Source of the DNA: Azolla caroliniana
Taxonomy: Eukaryota; Plantae; Polypodiophyta
Direction: 5' to 3'
Length of the DNA: 64,000 bases
Assembly: GCA_043228905.1 (NCBI GenBank)
Contig: JBHGNT010000008.1
Coordinates: 20,212,001-20,276,000, forward strand
Shown here in pieces: positions 59,175-64,000 of this stretch. The notes below the pieces were generated by a model. It had not been told where the DNA came from. It saw only the letters and a list, made by a program, of their open reading frames with translations, and searched no databases. The position numbers and the translations under genes were made by a program. Every line of letters starts with the position of its first letter. The stretch's first letter is position 1.

Positions 59175-61588
59175 TGTCATGATATGGCAAGACTGGAACC
59201 CATGACCTTATGCTACATGGGTCGAGCTCTTGACCATTAGACTATACATTGTAATACGTAGAATATTATTTTCATTTATGTTTTATTATAGAAAATTGAT
59301 GTATATTCTAGATTTCTCTGGTACATTCTAGAAACTTCAGGAGTATTCCATAGAACACTATAAAAGGAGGCACAAGGCATTATTTCGAACCAAATCGGTT
59401 CAATGCCAGTCTTCAGCCTCCTAGCTATTGTACATTTTCTTCATATAATATATATCTCTTCTTATCATCACTCTCTCTTTCTCTCAATCTCTGTCTCCCT
59501 CCCTCTCTCTCACTCTTTCCTTCTCTCGAGAGTTCTTCACCTCTCTTAGTACTAATACTTCTTTTAGTACTAATTCCTTCTCTGTCTTCGTACTGTTCCT
59601 GACAGTTTGAACCGATTTTTCCTACCTTCTGTCTCTCTCATTTCCTACTAATCTCTTATTCCTCTTTTCTTTCATCCCATGGCCACTGTTAGCGTTGAAG
59701 AATATCAATCTGTTTTCCCGGAATTTCAATGCTTGAAAGAGAATTTCCATGCTTTGGAACAAGAAAACCAACGGTTGCTGGGGGATCTTCAACAAATCTC
59801 CTTAGGAAAGCAGCAAACGCAACAATAGCATGGGGAACTTGCGTTATGCGTGCAAGAACTCGAAGCAACCATCGTAGCGATGCAACAACAAGGGCCCGAA
59901 ACATAAGGGATTCATAAAGAACCCAAGATTGGTCTTCCCACGAAGTTTGATGGAACGCGATCGCAGTTTAGAGGGTTCCTTAACCAGGTACGATTAGTTA
60001 TTCAAATTCATCCTTCCCGATATCCCACCGATGCATCACGAGTGGGTTTAGTAGGCACTTTGTTAAGTGGCTCAACGTTGGCATGGTTCGCTCCACTATT
60101 AGAAAAGGAATCTCCGTTACTCAACAATTTTGAAGAGTTTCTAGATGAGTTTAAAGCATGTTTCGGAGATACTGACAGCATCAGGACCGCAATCAACAAA
60201 ATTCGGCGATTACGCCAAGGTGACTGTCCAGCCTCCGCATACGCTACAGATTTTCGCCTACTCGCCGCCGATATCCCTTGGGATGATCAAGCGTTGATGG
60301 AGCAATTCCGTTATGGTTTACGCAACGACGTCAAGGATTTACTCTTGACCTTCCCCGAAGAGCCAAAGTCCTTAACAGAAGCAATCAGTCGCGCGGTGAG
60401 ATGTGACAACAGCCTCTTTGAGCGACGTTCGGAACGACAGCTACAGATGCCGAGGGCAAGATCAGAGCCCACCTATGCCTCAGTGGTAGCAAGACCTTTT
60501 CCGAGGGAGTCATATAATGCGCCTCCAGCGAATACTCCGACTCCGATGGAGATTGACACTACACGTCGTCGAGGGCCATTATCCGAAGAAGAAAAGCAGT
60601 GACGCCGTACAAATCGACTATGTCTTTACTGTGGTGGACCAGGACATATTGCAATAAATTGCCCCCATAGGCCAAGAAGACAGGTAAACCAAATAGTCGC
60701 TAGTTCTAATTGTACTAAACCCGAGCCTATTTCAGTAGGGATATCTGATATTCCTAATAGTACTAATAGCCTAGATCTAGCGAACAGATTTGATGTCCTT
60801 AGTCAGTTAGAAGAAGAGTTAAACGACTAAGTCTAGCCAAAATAGGAGCCGTTTGGTTGGACAACCCTAGATCTGTGCAGCCCATTAGTCGTTCCATTCC
60901 CTCTAAACAAGTTAGTGATGTGTTCGTAGCCCTCCAGTACATGTCCCTCCAGTACATGTCCTAGCACTCCTAGATTCCGGAGCTAACTCTTGCTTTATGG
61001 ATAAGAAATTTGCTCAAGCTTATAAGATATCCCTAAGAAAACTCAAGTGTCCAGCCTCTATTGTAGTCATTGATGGACGTCCCATTGCTTCCGGAAATAT
61101 CATAGAAGAGTCAGAGCCCATTAATATTGTCCTAGATAACTTAGCATGTGTAGTATCGTTTAATATTATTAGTATCCCAGAACATCCCATAGTTTTAGGA
61201 TTGTCGTGTTTCGAGTTACATAACCCAGACATAGATTGGAGAACAAGAGAAATCCGGTGTCGACAAACCCAAGGGTCAACTCAGAAGATGGCAACCATTT
61301 CGCTACATCAGTTGCGTAAAGAAGGGCGCAAGGAGGAAATGTTCCTCTTTGCAATATCAGTAAACCCCTCCAGCACCACTAAAGAAGAATCCACCGTTCA
61401 ACTTCTCGAGAAGTATCGTCATTATGCCGATGTGTTCGATAAAGTACAAGCCAATACACTTCCTCATCATCGACCGTACGATTGCCCCATTGATTTACAA
61501 CCGGGAAAAGAGCCGCCATGGGGACCGATCTACAATTTGTCACCAACCGAGCTGGAAGTCCTTCGGGCCTACAATTAGGAGAATTTGG
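59175..61588 (+). mobile_element. Ty3/gypsy (Tf1/Tcn1-like) element, second copy: LTR 59175-59604, gag, protease, start of RT
   Basis: Highly similar to 287-2137. LPHHRPYDCPIDLQPG..PPWGPIYNLS. Truncated by a copia LTR. Confidence 0.9.
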
Positions 61589-64000
61589 TGTTAGAGAATC
61601 GACGGTTTCAAACCTTCACCTCTCGACCACAACCGAGGAAACACGAGTCAGTGCAGCAGTAAATCCAAAACACAGAGAGAGACTCGAATGCATAGGGTTT
61701 AGCGTGGAAAACCCTAAACGGGAAAAACCACGGGAGTGCAAGACTCCAACTATCACTATACGCAGGGAATGTACAATGGCGAGCTGCAAGGCGACGACCT
61801 TGAGCTCGCTGTCCTCGCCACAGGCAGCGGTATTACACAGAGGCGTCGACCTCTTCCTTTCTCTCTCTCTCTCTCTCGGCTGCTCTCACTTCGCTCCCTC
61901 TAAGTGGAAAACAGAAAATGAGCAACAACAAAAACTGTTTGCCCTAAGTCATATTTATACACATATGACTTTCGGGCTATTTACAAATATAGCCTCAAGG
62001 GCTCTTGGCAAACATATTCACAAATATGTCCCCGCATCCGGATCTCTCTCCGGGTACATTCGTCATCCGGCTCCGTAACCGGGGTCTTCAGCATCCGGCT
62101 CCGTAGCCGGGGTCTTCATCATCCGGCTCCGTAGCCGGAGTCTTCAGCATCCGGCTCCGTAGTCGGGGTCTTCAGCATCCGGCTCCGTAACCGGGGTCTT
62201 CATCATCCGGCTCCATAGCCGGGGTATTCATCATCCGATTCCCGGACATCCGACCATCCCATCCGGAGGGACCGTAATCCCAACAAACTCCCCCTTCACT
62301 TCGGCATGGGATGTCTCTCCAATCCGATCCTTTTCCGGCATGCTTCCAGCTTGTCGGGTGTGAGTACCTTGGTCAGCATATCCGACCCGTTCTCGTCCGT
62401 GTGGATCTTCGTCAGCACGAACTCCTTGTCTTCTATCCTTTCCCGGATCCAGTGGTATCTACGCTGGATGTGCTTCGTCCGGGAGTGATAGGCCGCATTC
62501 TTCGCAAGGTGGATGGCACTCTGACTGTCGCAGTAGAGTCGGTACTCCTCCTGCCGGATACCGAGCTCTCTAATGAAGTCCTTCATCCATATTATTTCCT
62601 TGCCGGCTTCAACAACCGCCATGTACTCCGCCTCCGTGGTTGACAACGCAACCGTCTTCTGCAGCCTCGACTGCCACGAAACAGCTCCCCCTGCATATGT
62701 CATCACATACCCTGATGTGGACCGGCTGGTATCTGCATCAGCCGACATATCCGAATCGGTAAAGCCGTCGAGTTCGGGCTTACCGGAGCCGAATCGGAGG
62801 CATACGTTTGCCGTGCCCTTCAGGTATCGGAGTATCCACTTGGCTGCGTTCTAGTGCTCTTTGCCGGGATTGCTCATGTACCGGCTCACCACTCCGACTG
62901 CATATCCTATGTCCGGTCTTGTACACACCATTGCGTACATCAAGCTTCCGACGGCCGAGGCATATGGTACTTTCATCATGTCCTCCTTCTCAGCCTTTGT
63001 CTTGGGGCTTTACTTGCTGGACAACTTGCAGTTTGCCGGGAGGGTTGACCCGACCGGTCTTGCTTCCGACATGTTGAACCGGTGAAGCACCTTTGTCACG
63101 TACTTCTCCTGTGACAACCACAACTGCTTCTTCTTCCGGTCCCGGATGATATGCATCCCTAGTATTTGCCTCGCCGGACCCAGGTCCTTCATTGAGAAGG
63201 TTCGGTGAAGCGCTTTCTTCAGCATCCGTATCTTGCCCTGGTCCCGTCCGACAATCAACATGTCGTCCACATACAGGAGGAGTATTAGAAAGTCTCCTCC
63301 TTCGAACTTCTTCACAAACACGCAGTGATCGGACTGCGTTTTGTGGTACCCTTCGTTGGTCATGAAAGAGTCGAACTTCCAGTACCATTGCCGGGGAGCC
63401 TGCTTCAGTCCGTAAAGGCTCTTCTTCAACCGGCATACCAGGTGCTCCTTCCCTTTCTTCTCGAATCCTTCCGGTTGCTGCATGTAGATCTCTTCTTCGA
63501 GGTCACCGTGAAGGAATGCCGTCTTCACGTCCATCTGTTCTACCTCGAGGTCCATGCTTGCCGCTATGCTCAGCACCGTCCGGATGGAGGTCATTTTCAC
63601 TACCGGGGCAAATATCTCGTCGAAGTCGACGCCCTTCTTCTGCTGGAACCCCTTCACCACGATCCTGGCTTTGTATCTCGGGGGGTTTCCGGCATCTCCC
63701 GGTTTCAGCTTGAACACCCACTTGTTTCGAAGTGCCTGCTTTCCTTTCGGCAACTCCACAAGTTCATATGTGTGGTTCTCATGCAGGGAATCCATCTCCT
63801 CCTGCATGGCACTTAACCACCTGCGCCTATGGGTGTCAAGTTTTGCTTCTTCAAAGCTCTCCGGCTCCCCCTCGTCGGTTAGCAGCACGTGCTCTGGTTC
63901 CGGAAATCTCCGGGGGGCCCTTCTCTCTCTTAGAGGATATCTCCGTTCCGGAGCTTCGGTAACCGGCTCCTCCGTTTCCTCTTCATCCAAATCCATTTCG
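61589..64000 (-). mobile_element. Ty1/copia 3' end: RT, RNase H, PPT and 3' LTR 61589-62285
   Basis: QMDVKTAFLHG, SLYGLKQAPRQW, LLYVDDML, RTKHI. PPT ctcccccttcact at 62288-62300. Confidence 0.92.
62062..62238 (-). repeat. 30-bp tandem repeats in the copia LTR U3
   Basis: About six copies of catccggctccgtagccggggtcttca(g/t). Confidence 0.9.

Noticed and set aside
287-61588. Window-scale inverted duplication suggested by similar ends
   Set aside because: The two gypsy copies sit in different hosts and are interrupted at different positions, so they are independent insertions.

Overview
Eukaryotic, almost certainly non-seed land-plant DNA (moss-like, inferred from the retroelement lineages). 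The window is essentially all nested transposable elements. LTR retrotransposons make up most of it: Ty1/copia elements (tRNA-Met PBS, 5-bp TSD), Ty3/gypsy elements with a tRNA-Trp PBS and 4-bp (A/C)CGT TSDs, and self-priming Tf1/Tcn1-like gypsy elements. Nearly all are degraded by premature stops. Two DNA transposons are also present. The standout is an apparently intact 9,144-bp element (30610-39753) with 36-bp TIRs and a CTAA TSD, inserted in a copia LTR. It encodes a 926-aa Sola1-like DDD transposase and, divergently, a six-exon, frame-intact gene of about 974 aa that fuses a ParB/Srx-like domain to a prokaryote-type beta-class amino (6mA/4mC) DNA methyltransferase. The first intron of that gene holds an array of eight 25-bp palindromes. 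An older Sola2-like element (about 17253-52342) carries a decayed FCP1/NIF-like cargo gene and large TAGCTAATTAGCTA palindrome arrays. Family names come from motif recognition by eye; no database search was run.
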